From assembly GCA_037441425.1 (NCBI GenBank), contig JBBISF010000001.1, forward strand, positions 69,068-133,067: DNA of 64,000 bases, given 5' to 3'. The position numbers and the translations under genes are program-made. This stretch comes from Verrucomicrobiia bacterium (GTDB taxonomy: Bacteria > Verrucomicrobiota > Verrucomicrobiia > Palsa-1439). Shown here in pieces: positions 10,106 to 18,682 of the stretch (positions are counted from its first letter, which is position 1; each line of letters starts with the position of its first letter). The notes under the pieces were generated by a model. It searched no databases, was not told the origin of the DNA, and was given only the letters and a program-made list of their open reading frames with translations.

Positions 10106-11173
10106 TTGAATACATTCAAACTGAAGCGTTACACGGACAACCCCATCATCAGTCCCACCGCAGATTCATCGTGGGAAAATATCTGCACCTGCAATCCCGG
10201 GGCGTGGTGGGACGGTCGCCAAGTCCACTTACTCTACCGGGGCGGCCCGGACACTGACCAACACCCCATCCATTTCGGTCTGGCCGAGAGTACCGATGGT
10301 TTCCACTTCGCGCGCGTCTCGGGCCGGCCCGTCTTCAGTCCCGCGCCCGGCAGTTGGGACGGTGGCTGCATTGAAGACCCGCGCATTGTCCGGTTTGGCG
10401 ACACCTACTTTGTCACCTACGCTGCGCGGATGTTTCCGCCGGCCGCCTACTGGCGCAAGAAATTCCCCCTGAACGCCTTCAATCCGCCGTTGCCCCCGGA
10501 AGCGCCATTGGCCGCCCGCAAAAACCTCACCCGCTCCGGCTTGGCGTTGACGAAAGATTTTCGCGCGTGGCACCGGCTCGGCCCGCTTACCGCCGCCGAT
10601 CTCGACGATCGCGACGTAATCGTCTTCCCCGAACAGGTCGCCGGCCAGTTCGTCCTGCTCCATCGCCCCGGCAGTTGGGTGGGCCCCACCTACGGATGCG
10701 AACGCCCGTCCATCTGGATGTCGTTCAGCGACGACCTGTTGTGTTGGCGGAACGAGCACTTGCTCGCCCAACCGGTTTTCGATTGGGAATGCCGGAAGAT
10801 CGGCGGCAGCACTCCGCCCATCAAGACCACCAAAGGTTGGCTAACCCTCTACCACGGCGTCGACGACCAAATGATCTACCGCGTCGGGGCCATGCTCCTC
10901 GATCTGAAGAATCCTCTGCAAATCCTTGGTCGCACCCCCCAACCAATTCTGGAACCGGTTGCCGAATATGAGCGGGCCGGCCTGGTCCCTAATGTGGTCT
11001 TCCCCTGCGGGAATGTCGTCATCAACGGCACACTGTTCGTGTACTACGGCGGTGCCGACAAGGTTTGCTGTGTCGCCACATGCCCGTTGATGGACCTGGT
11101 CGAATACACCCTCGACCACCCGCCATTGCACACCCAGAGTACCAGCGCGCGCGGTCTCGGCATAGGACATTAA
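10106..11173 (+). CDS. GH130-family glycoside hydrolase / beta-mannoside phosphorylase
   Basis: NPGAWWDGRQVHLLYRGG...GLAESTDGFHF...WDGGCIEDPRIVRFGDTYFVTYAA is the GH130 five-bladed propeller signature. Confidence 0.8.
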   Translation: MNTFKLKRYTDNPIISPTADSSWENICTCNPGAWWDGRQVHLLYRGGPDTDQHPIHFGLAESTDGFHFARVSGRPVFSPAPGSWDGGCIEDPRIVRFGDTYFVTYAARMFPPAAYWRKKFPLNAFNPPLPPEAPLAARKNLTRSGLALTKDFRAWHRLGPLTAADLDDRDVIVFPEQVAGQFVLLHRPGSWVGPTYGCERPSIWMSFSDDLLCWRNEHLLAQPVFDWECRKIGGSTPPIKTTKGWLTLYHGVDDQMIYRVGAMLLDLKNPLQILGRTPQPILEPVAEYERAGLVPNVVFPCGNVVINGTLFVYYGGADKVCCVATCPLMDLVEYTLDHPPLHTQSTSARGLGIGH

Positions 11174-11186
11174 ACCCCAGCCGCAC

Positions 11187-12266
11187 CTACCAGCGGGCGA
11201 TTTCCACGGCCAAGGCGAGGGCTTGTTCGTACACCACGTGCCGGGTGGGACAATCCAATTCCTGCGACAGCAGCGCGCCTTCGTCGTTCGGCCAGAGGGC
11301 GCGGCGCCGCGGGAGTTCGCACATCCGCGGCAGCCGCGCGACGGCGCTGGCGGTTTGCCGGCCGTGATCTTTGTGGACGACGAACTCTCCGGCAGCACTC
11401 TTGAGGGTGACGGCCATCAAGCCGACGTGGCGCGCTTCGGAATCGTGGCTGACGGTCAGGTGTAACCGGCGTTTCGCGACGGTTGGTGTCCAATCCAAGT
11501 GCGAAGCCAGCCAGCCGGCATATAACTCAGCGCGCAACCGGCCGCCCGGACCTTCACCGTGGATAATTTCCACGGATTCCAAGTGGGCGAGTTCGGTCCG
11601 GCATTCGGGGGTGTCGAACAGTTCCGCGGTCAAGCCGCGCCAGAACGCAAGGCGGGTCCAGCTCAAGTCGGCAAACCGGCAACGGCGATGCGCGGCAATT
11701 GTTTTCGCCAAGTCGGGCAGCGGAACCTCGTCCCAATACGAGGTATCGAAGATGAACCGGTCGGCCACAGCGAGAAGACGCCGGAAAAGGTCGGGACGTT
11801 TCAGGAAGTTGCCGCGCCACCAGAGCACGGTCGGCAAATCGGATTCGAGCAACGGCAGCACCGTCCCCGGCAGTTGGGCGACGCCGGGGCCGGCGGCGGC
11901 GATGGAGATTTGTTCGCAGCAGACTTGTTTGCGTTCGCCGCCGGCGAGGTGACAGTGCGCGGCGATGGACGCGCTGAGCGCGGCCTGTCGTTCCTCCGGG
12001 CGCGCGAGCAGGACGATGGCGCGACAAGGATGCCGGCTGGTGAGTGCGGCGATGATGTCCGCAGCGTGGTCGCGGGCGGTTTCGTCTTCGGCGTAGGCGA
12101 CGAGGTTGAAGAGGCTGGCGCGGGTGACGATGCCGGGTTCGTTCGCGGCGGCGATTTCCCAGAGGGCGGCAAGTTGGTGCTCAATCTCGACGACGTCCAC
12201 GGCGGTTTCGACACCGGCAGTGAAGGATTCGAGTCGCGGCGCGCCGGGCATTACGGTCGCCTCCAA
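11187..12266 (-). CDS. opcA: glucose-6-phosphate dehydrogenase assembly protein OpcA
   Basis: A 359-aa OpcA-like protein immediately downstream of zwf and overlapping it by 16 nt. Confidence 0.7.
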   Translation of the reverse strand: MEATVMPGAPRLESFTAGVETAVDVVEIEHQLAALWEIAAANEPGIVTRASLFNLVAYAEDETARDHAADIIAALTSRHPCRAIVLLARPEERQAALSASIAAHCHLAGGERKQVCCEQISIAAAGPGVAQLPGTVLPLLESDLPTVLWWRGNFLKRPDLFRRLLAVADRFIFDTSYWDEVPLPDLAKTIAAHRRCRFADLSWTRLAFWRGLTAELFDTPECRTELAHLESVEIIHGEGPGGRLRAELYAGWLASHLDWTPTVAKRRLHLTVSHDSEARHVGLMAVTLKSAAGEFVVHKDHGRQTASAVARLPRMCELPRRRALWPNDEGALLSQELDCPTRHVVYEQALALAVEIARW

Positions 12267-13780
12267 TGCCGGCCATCGCGTTCAATGAACGCGTCGGCTT
12301 GCGGCGGTCCCCACGTGCCGGCTTCGTAGGGGAACGGGGGCGGTGATTGTTGCCACCCGGTCAGCACGGGATCGAGAATCGTCCACGAGCGTTCAGTTTC
12401 GTCGCCCCGGATGAACAACGTGGAATCGCCGCTGATCGCGTCGTGGAGGAGACGTTCGTAAGCGTCGGGCGAACGCGCGCCGAAACTGCCGCCGTACCGG
12501 AAATCCATTTTGACGGGTTGGATGTTGAGCGTGGTGCCGGGGACTTTGGCGTTCACGCGGAACGAAATGCCTTCGTCGGGCTGGATGCGGATGACGAGGA
12601 CGTTGGTTTGGAGCGGCGCGGCGATGTCCGCCCCGAACAGGACGGCCGGCGGCGCTTTGAATTCGACGGCGATTTCGGCGGCGCGTTTGGGCAGGCGTTT
12701 GCCGTGGCGGAGGTAGAACGGCACGCCCGACCAGCGCCAGTTATCAATGTAGAGTTTGAGGGCGACGTAGGTTTCCGTTTGGGAATCGGGCGGCACGTCG
12801 GCTTCGTGATGGTAGCCGGGGACGGACTGGCCGGCGAGGGAGCCGGCGGCGTATTGGCCGCGCACGGTGAACTCGGCGACCCGTTCCGGCGGGATGGGCC
12901 GGACGGCGCGGAGGACTTTCACTTTTTCGTCGCGGATCACCTCGGCTTCGAGCGAGGTGGGCGCTTCCATGGCCATCAACGCCAGCAGTTGCATCATGTG
13001 ATTTTGAACCATGTCGCGCAGCGCACCGGCATGATCGTAGTACCCACCGCGGGCTTCCACGCCGAGGGTTTCGGCGACGGTGATCTGGACGTGGTTGACG
13101 TACTTCTGATTCCACAAGTGCTCGAAGATCTCGTTGGCAAACCGGAGAACCAAGATGTTTTGGACGGTTTCCTTGCCGAGGTAATGGTCAATGCGCAGGA
13201 CTTGGCATTCGTTGAAGACGCCGGTAATGATGCGGTTCAACTCCCGCGCGGTTTCCAGGCTTCGGCCAAACGGTTTTTCAACGATGATGCGCTGCCCCGG
13301 TGAAGTGACCAAGCGGGCGGCGCCGAGTTGCTGGACAATCTGTGCAAACTGCGTCGGCGGCGTCGCCATATAGAAGAGCCGGTGGCCGGCGGTGCCGCGT
13401 TCCCGGTCAACCTTCTCCAGCAGTTTTCCAAGAGCTGTGAAATCATTGGGGTTCGCGTAATCGCCTTGGTGATAGAAAATTCCTTGAGCCAAACCGTCCC
13501 AGACGGCCGGGTTGATCGGCAGGAAGCGGGCGTGTTGTTCAACATCCCGGCGCAGTTCGGCGCGAAAATCCTCATGGCTCTTGGGTCGCCGCGCAAAGCC
13601 GATGATGGCAAAACCGGCGGGCAACTGTCCTTCGTGAGCCAGGTTGTAGAGCGCCGGCAGAAGTTTGCGACCGGTTAGGTCGCCGGTCGCGCCGAAGATC
13701 ACGACCGCGCATGGTCCCGGACTGGGGCGGGAGACAATGCCGGCGCGCAACGGATTGGTTTTGGAATCGGTCGGCTCCAT
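12251..13780 (-). CDS. zwf: glucose-6-phosphate 1-dehydrogenase
   Basis: VIFGATGDLTGRKLLPALYNL is the NADP-binding motif and RIDHYLGKE the substrate motif. The alternative start at 13807 sits only 11 nt from the upstream terminator. Confidence 0.9.
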   Translation of the reverse strand: MEPTDSKTNPLRAGIVSRPSPGPCAVVIFGATGDLTGRKLLPALYNLAHEGQLPAGFAIIGFARRPKSHEDFRAELRRDVEQHARFLPINPAVWDGLAQGIFYHQGDYANPNDFTALGKLLEKVDRERGTAGHRLFYMATPPTQFAQIVQQLGAARLVTSPGQRIIVEKPFGRSLETARELNRIITGVFNECQVLRIDHYLGKETVQNILVLRFANEIFEHLWNQKYVNHVQITVAETLGVEARGGYYDHAGALRDMVQNHMMQLLALMAMEAPTSLEAEVIRDEKVKVLRAVRPIPPERVAEFTVRGQYAAGSLAGQSVPGYHHEADVPPDSQTETYVALKLYIDNWRWSGVPFYLRHGKRLPKRAAEIAVEFKAPPAVLFGADIAAPLQTNVLVIRIQPDEGISFRVNAKVPGTTLNIQPVKMDFRYGGSFGARSPDAYERLLHDAISGDSTLFIRGDETERSWTILDPVLTGWQQSPPPFPYEAGTWGPPQADAFIERDGRHWRRP

Positions 13781-13817
13781 GCCGGGCAACGCACGGCAAC
13801 GTAGCACAGCCGGTCGG

Positions 13818-13866
13818 GAAAGAAAAACGAAAAGGGGGAAAGAAGCGGCTGCGGCTTCTTTCCCCC
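13818..13866 (-). terminator. rho-independent terminator downstream of flp
   Basis: A perfect 13-bp stem GGGGGAAAGAAGC/GCTTCTTTCCCCC (13834-13846 and 13854-13866) with a 7-nt loop. On the minus strand it is followed by UUUUCGUUUUUCUUU. Confidence 0.7.
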
Positions 13867-13888
13867 TCTCGTTATCTGCGTCAGCAAA

Positions 13889-14062
13889 CTATTGCAGGTT
13901 CGTGTTGACGCTTTGGAGTTTGCTGTTGACGTTGGTGCCGATACCTTTCAGCACCAAAATCGCCACCACTGAGATCAAGGCGAGGATGAGTGCATACTCA
14001 ACCAAGCTCTGACCTGAGCGGCCGTTAAATTTCCGCATCACTTTGGCGAGCTTCTTCTTCAT
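13889..14062 (-). CDS. flp: Flp/Fap-family type IVb pilin
   Basis: MKKKLAKVMRKFNGRSGQSLVEYALILALISVVAILV contains the Flp G-x4-EY motif. A strong SD, GGGAGGTGA, lies 5 nt upstream of the ATG at 14062. The 14095 start in the ORF track is a TTG. Confidence 0.8.
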   Translation of the reverse strand: MKKKLAKVMRKFNGRSGQSLVEYALILALISVVAILVLKGIGTNVNSKLQSVNTNLQ

Positions 14063-14102
14063 GGAATCACCTCCCATCGAGTTTATTGGTTTCAACTGTC
14101 AC

Positions 14103-14131
14103 TGCTCTCCATCAACAGTTCCCGTGCCACG
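14103..14131 (-). promoter_or_regulatory. candidate sigma-54 (-24/-12) promoter upstream of flp
   Basis: The minus strand reads TGGCACG-GGAA-CTGTT about 60 nt upstream of the flp ATG. The -24 element is perfect, but the -12 is degenerate (GT instead of GC). Confidence 0.2.
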
Positions 14132-14285
14132 TTGGTTACGGAACAAGGTAATCGCTCTAGACCGCTGGAATTAAGCCAATTAGCGGATGTGCTGTCTGAA
14201 AAAGGCTTTTCTTTTTTCTACGAAAGTCGCTCGTTTCAACGAACATGTGAGCCAAAAAATGTTCAACAATTGGACACCGGCTGGC

Positions 14286-15830
14286 CTATCTGAGCAGTTC
14301 GTACAATCTGTTGCCCGATCCTTCCACCGGCCGCGTTATCAGAGGGGTGAAGTACCGGGCATAGATGTTCACGTCCATACCGGGCGGCACCACGAGCAAA
14401 ACCTGCCGATGATTCTCTGTGTCCAAACCGCTGACGAAACTCAAATGTTCGCCTTGCACGCACCACAAGGGTTTGCCGGGCGGGCTGGGGATGGTCGGGT
14501 CCGGTGCAAGTTGGTATTGCCGAAACTCGGGCAGGTGTAACTGAAAGATCCGCAACCCAAAACTGTAATGGGCGGCCAGCGCGTGACAGATCACCGTGTC
14601 CGCTGGCTGGTAACGTGAACGAATCGCGGTGACAACTTGCGCCACTTGCCGGTCATGTTGGCGAATCTCCCGCGCGGTGCGGCCATATCCGAGCAACACG
14701 TCATCCCACCGTTGGGGCCAAGCGAGGAACACGAAAATGTTGCCAGCCGCCACCAACCCCACCACCGTCAGGTAACACCAGTTCCGCCGCAACTGGGCCA
14801 CGACGGCCGCGCTCAATGACAACAAGGCCGGCAAGTAACCCAGCACATGTCCCGGCTGCGAAGTGAATTGAATCACGGTGCCGAATAGCACCATTGGCAC
14901 AATCCACAGCGCCAACACCCGGCCCGCCCGGCGATGGGCCGTATCCCACACCTGTTTTTGTTGAGGCGACATCCCCCACACCCGGTAAACCACCGCACCC
15001 ACCAGCGGGACGACGCCCAAGAGCAGGCCATTCCAACAAAAGGCGATGGACAGATAGCAGTTCGTGAACAGCGCCGGCCAACCACCGCCGGTCAACGTGC
15101 CGGAAGCGTTATTCTGGTTGTAGCGCCGGACGATGTCCCAATAAACACGCCAACCTTCGGATTGATGTAACATCGGGAAAAACCAGCTTGCCCCCAGACC
15201 GAGCGCCACCAGGATCGCCACCAGGAGTTTCAGCAGCCGCCGGGTCGAAAAATGCCAAAACACATACGCCAATAACGGCAACAGCACGGGCACGGTCTGT
15301 TGCCGGATACCGCCGACCACCGCAACGAGGACTCCCACGCCGACGGCGTCCCCCCAAGTCCCACCGCGTTGCAGCGCCCGCCAACACCACCAAACCGTCA
15401 GGCAAATCCCGCACGCGTCCACCACATACGTCAGTGCCACTTCGCTGTGAAACCAGAATTGCGGACTGGTCAGCGCGAAAAGCCCGGCGGCCAGACCCGC
15501 GCGCCGCCCGAACATTCCGCTCCCCAATCCATAGAGCACGACCGGCACGGCACTACCAAACAGGACATCCAGCCACACCAGACTTGCGTGCGGATCACCC
15601 ACCGCGAAATTCACCAATCGCCCCAGCATCACATACAGGAAGTAGCCGGGCGCGTGCGGCTGACTCAAGGCGACATTGTACGCCTGGATCGCCAACGCAA
15701 ACTGGGCGCCATCCCAGTGGTACGCGTACTGACTGCGGAACGGCACCCGCAGCGCGAAGGCGACCACCAGCAACAGCAACGTGATGCGCCCATCGGTTGT
15801 GGATCGTTTACCGGGCTTGGGGGATGTACA
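14286..15830 (-). CDS. polytopic membrane protein, GT-C-fold glycosyltransferase-like (ArnT/PMT-like)
   Basis: About 515 aa with more than 10 predicted TM helices. YHWDGAQFALAIQAY in the first extracytoplasmic loop carries an acidic residue. Start chosen at 15830, just after the upstream gene stop; 15890 is possible. Confidence 0.55.
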   Translation of the reverse strand, partial: CTSPKPGKRSTTDGRITLLLLVVAFALRVPFRSQYAYHWDGAQFALAIQAYNVALSQPHAPGYFLYVMLGRLVNFAVGDPHASLVWLDVLFGSAVPVVLYGLGSGMFGRRAGLAAGLFALTSPQFWFHSEVALTYVVDACGICLTVWWCWRALQRGGTWGDAVGVGVLVAVVGGIRQQTVPVLLPLLAYVFWHFSTRRLLKLLVAILVALGLGASWFFPMLHQSEGWRVYWDIVRRYNQNNASGTLTGGGWPALFTNCYLSIAFCWNGLLLGVVPLVGAVVYRVWGMSPQQKQVWDTAHRRAGRVLALWIVPMVLFGTVIQFTSQPGHVLGYLPALLSLSAAVVAQLRRNWCYLTVVGLVAAGNIFVFLAWPQRWDDVLLGYGRTAREIRQHDRQVAQVVTAIRSRYQPADTVICHALAAHYSFGLRIFQLHLPEFRQYQLAPDPTIPSPPGKPLWCVQGEHLSFVSGLDTENHRQVLLVVPPGMDVNIYARYFTPLITRPVEGSGNRLYELLR

Positions 15831-17310
15831 CATAATAAGTCCGGTCGCAATGCGCGAGCCGGTAAGTAGCAGCCAACCGGTAGCGCGCACGCATCAACGT
15901 CAACCAACGCTCGGGAAAAAATCGCCACCGATCAGATTGATCTAAGGGGCGCAACGCGACAATCGCTCCGAACGCGCCCGTCGTGATCTGCCGGCATACC
16001 GCCGCATCATCGAATCGGCCGTGTTCTTGCATGACCGCCAACGCGCTGGCATCAGTCAGATAAACCGGGCGGCCGCAACGCAATGTCAGATAGGGATCTT
16101 CGATCAGCAATGGATCGCTCCAAGCCCTCATGGCGGCCAGCAAGTGCTCCCACGCTTGGACTTGCGCCGCGCGCATCGCGCGGTGGTGGACGATTTCCCG
16201 TTCATAAATCGGCCAGCGCATCACGCGTTGCCCCAGCGTCAGCACGACCGCGCCACAGGTCAGCCCCAGCCAGGTGAACCGCAACCATTGACCGCCGCGC
16301 ACCACGGCCCAGCGGTCGAGCAACAAGGCCGCCAGGACGCAGCCCACCGCCGCCGGTTCCAAGTAATGACTGGGAGCCGTTCCCGGATTGGTTGTCCGCA
16401 CAAACGCGAATACCAAGGCGACTCCAAAATAGCGTTTCAGAAACGTCGTCGTCTTGTCCCCGGTCAGGCACGTCAGGCCCACAATCCCGCCCAACAGGCT
16501 GCCCGGATGCAACGCCAGCACCGCCAGCAACATCGTGACCGGCCACCGCCATTCGGTAAACAGACTGAGCCAACCGGTGACGTTGGGCAGGAACGCGCCA
16601 TGGCTCAGCCACTGCGTCAGCACCGTTGTGCCACCCACCACGGCGGCCCAGCCGGCGGCCAACGCGACCGCTTCGCCCCATCGCTTCTGCCGGCATTCCT
16701 CCCATAACACGACCAGCAACGCAGCCGTCGCAGTTTGTTTGCAAAGGAACGCCAGCACCAACAGACCCATCGCCCCGGCCCGCCCCCACCCACTGTCACA
16801 CCGGCAGTACAACCACACCCCACTCAGCGACAGGAACAACGCCGCCGCGTCCGGTCGGAAGGCAATCGCGTACTCGGGCGTCAGATTCCCGGCCAGCCAC
16901 AGCAGCATCCCGAACGCCGCCACCAACCGGCCCCCGCCCGCTTGACGAACGACCAGCCAGATCATGACTGCAATCCCGCCCCACGCCACCCACGTAAATA
17001 GCCGCCCGATCACCAACGTCCCGACTGGCCCGGTCTTGAGACCCCGCGCGCACCAGCCCGGCAGATAGTACATCAGCGGCGGATACGGACTAACCGCATA
17101 AGGTGGGACGGAGAAGTTCCCATACGGGCAACGCCCTTCCCGCACTTGCGTCAATCCATACAGGGTCACACCTTCCGACAGGGCGGTTTCTCCATCCAGG
17201 TCCAGAGAGGAGATCGAGCGCGCTTCCCAGAGCGCGGTCGACACGACCAGACAGACCACCAAACACCATGTCACTTTGCGTAGCTCCCCGGCTGGACGTT
17301 GGATATTCAC
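15808..17310 (-). CDS. polytopic membrane protein, GT-C-like glycosyltransferase candidate
   Basis: The GTG start at 17310 overlaps the upstream TGA (GTGA). The first 150 aa of the 652-aa ORF are low-complexity readthrough. The first loop has LDLDGETALSEG, and about 12 TM helices follow. Confidence 0.5.
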   Translation of the reverse strand: MNIQRPAGELRKVTWCLVVCLVVSTALWEARSISSLDLDGETALSEGVTLYGLTQVREGRCPYGNFSVPPYAVSPYPPLMYYLPGWCARGLKTGPVGTLVIGRLFTWVAWGGIAVMIWLVVRQAGGGRLVAAFGMLLWLAGNLTPEYAIAFRPDAAALFLSLSGVWLYCRCDSGWGRAGAMGLLVLAFLCKQTATAALLVVLWEECRQKRWGEAVALAAGWAAVVGGTTVLTQWLSHGAFLPNVTGWLSLFTEWRWPVTMLLAVLALHPGSLLGGIVGLTCLTGDKTTTFLKRYFGVALVFAFVRTTNPGTAPSHYLEPAAVGCVLAALLLDRWAVVRGGQWLRFTWLGLTCGAVVLTLGQRVMRWPIYEREIVHHRAMRAAQVQAWEHLLAAMRAWSDPLLIEDPYLTLRCGRPVYLTDASALAVMQEHGRFDDAAVCRQITTGAFGAIVALRPLDQSDRWRFFPERWLTLMRARYRLAATYRLAHCDRTYYVYIPQAR

Positions 17311-18557
17311 GCGCCTTGCCTCGACGGCTGTTTGGCGTTGATCATTTGACGGAGGAAGAACCGCGCGACCAATAGCATCCCGGCCAAGGGCAGCGAGTTT
17401 ACCAGGAGCTTCAGGTACAGATCGTGTTTGAGAAACGGGGTTTCCCAGCGATTGATGTTGTAGAGATTGTTCAGCAGGACAAACGCCAGTCCCATGATGA
17501 GCCACTCCCGGTAATCCGTCTTCCCGGCAAGCTGCGCGCACGCCACGGCCATCGGAAAAATCAGGAACACCAGATAATGGCCCCACGTCATCATGCCGCC
17601 CACCAACATCACGACGCTCAGCCAACAGAATTCCATTTCCAGGCTGCCGCCCCACCGGGCGCATGCGCCATATCCCGCCACCAACAACAACATGCCAACG
17701 CCGATTCCGCAAGTACTCCATAATTCCGCGACTGCATCCGTCGGGTGAAAATGGTCGGGCAAACATCCCAGCTTCATCATAAAGGACGGCAGACTGAAGT
17801 TATAAATGCTTTCGACCGCGTAACGTTGGAGGTACGGAACGGCATAGACTTCAAAGTCCCACCACCGGCCGGGACCTGTAGCCAACACGGTCAACGTGAT
17901 GAGTCCGGCTACCAGCATCAGGCGTTTGCCGCGGACGGCCCAAGAACCGTGGCTCCGCCATAAAAACCAGGGCAACAGTACGAATGGGTAAAGTTTGATC
18001 ACGCCGGCAATCGTCACCAAGATGCAGGCGACAGTGGATCGTCCCCGCTGCAGTTGTACGTAGCCGGCCAGCACCAGCGCCGCCAACAGAAGCTGGGTTT
18101 GCGCAAAACCAAAATGCCACAACAATACCGGGGACGTGAGTACGGCGCAGATGATCCAGTCGCGCCCGTGTGCGAGCCGGTCATCCAACAACCGCATGGT
18201 CAGCCAGAGAATCACCGCCAACGCGAGCGCTTGGACCAAGGTCCACGCCAGCATCGCCCCTCCCGGCGGCAACAGCGCAAACGGAACAAACAACCAGAGC
18301 AATCCCGGTGGGTTGGTCGCGTACGGAATGCGTGCGGACACCTCAAAGCCGTATTTGGCGTAATAAGTCGCGAGCGGCGTCGAATACACCGGCAAACCCT
18401 CCAGCAGCACCCGGCTGGAGACGTAGTAATGCGAAAAATCAATCGTGTGCACCCGCAGCGGCAACACCGCCACAATCCGCCACACGCACCAGCCGGCCAG
18501 CGCCACGGCCACGAGGCGAATCAAGCGTGAATGCAAAATGCACAGCAGGCGGTTCAT
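17307..18557 (-). CDS. DUF2029/GT87-like membrane glycosyltransferase (polyprenol-P-mannose mannosyltransferase-like)
   Basis: A 416-aa protein with about 11 TM helices. It resembles DUF2029/GT87, including KLYPFVLLPWFLW. Confidence 0.55.
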   Translation of the reverse strand: MNRLLCILHSRLIRLVAVALAGWCVWRIVAVLPLRVHTIDFSHYYVSSRVLLEGLPVYSTPLATYYAKYGFEVSARIPYATNPPGLLWLFVPFALLPPGGAMLAWTLVQALALAVILWLTMRLLDDRLAHGRDWIICAVLTSPVLLWHFGFAQTQLLLAALVLAGYVQLQRGRSTVACILVTIAGVIKLYPFVLLPWFLWRSHGSWAVRGKRLMLVAGLITLTVLATGPGRWWDFEVYAVPYLQRYAVESIYNFSLPSFMMKLGCLPDHFHPTDAVAELWSTCGIGVGMLLLVAGYGACARWGGSLEMEFCWLSVVMLVGGMMTWGHYLVFLIFPMAVACAQLAGKTDYREWLIMGLAFVLLNNLYNINRWETPFLKHDLYLKLLVNSLPLAGMLLVARFFLRQMINAKQPSRQGA

Positions 18558-18566
18558 GGGGTGGTT

Positions 18567-18582
18567 CTGATTTGGTAATCAG
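18567..18582. promoter_or_regulatory. inverted repeat CTGATT-N4-AATCAG in the 5' leader of the GT87-like gene
   Basis: CTGATTTGGTAATCAG lies 10 nt upstream of the minus-strand ATG at 18557, in the divergent intergenic region. Confidence 0.3.
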
Positions 18583-18635
18583 CCTAGCAAGTTTTCTTCC
18601 AGACCGCGAGCCGGCCGCACCGCGCGGCTTTGGAG

Positions 18636-18663
18636 TTGCGCCTGCGTTTCGGGCCGTTATACT
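18636..18663 (+). promoter_or_regulatory. candidate sigma-70-type promoter for the plus-strand triple-paralog operon
   Basis: TTGCGC, then a 16-nt spacer, then TATACT. AGGAGG follows at 18671-18676 and the GTG start at 18683. Confidence 0.3.
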
Positions 18664-18682
18664 GCGCGGCCAGGAGGATGGC

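Noticed and set aside
11559-13303. 256-aa and 318-aa ORFs on the plus strand
   Set aside because: They are antisense to opcA and zwf.
16021-16945. 228-aa, 195-aa and 163-aa ORFs on both strands
   Set aside because: They lie inside or antisense to the GT-C-like membrane protein gene 15808-17310 and are low-complexity, Arg/Pro/Ala-rich.
17311-17766. N-terminal 150 aa of the 652-aa ORF 15808-17766
   Set aside because: This low-complexity segment overlaps the upstream gene 17307-18557 in another frame. The real start is the GTG at 17310, which overlaps the upstream stop.
18170-18682. N-terminal 170 aa of the 656-aa ORF 18170-20140
   Set aside because: It reads antisense through the GT87-like gene and the intergenic region. 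The real start is the GTG at 18683, which has a perfect SD.
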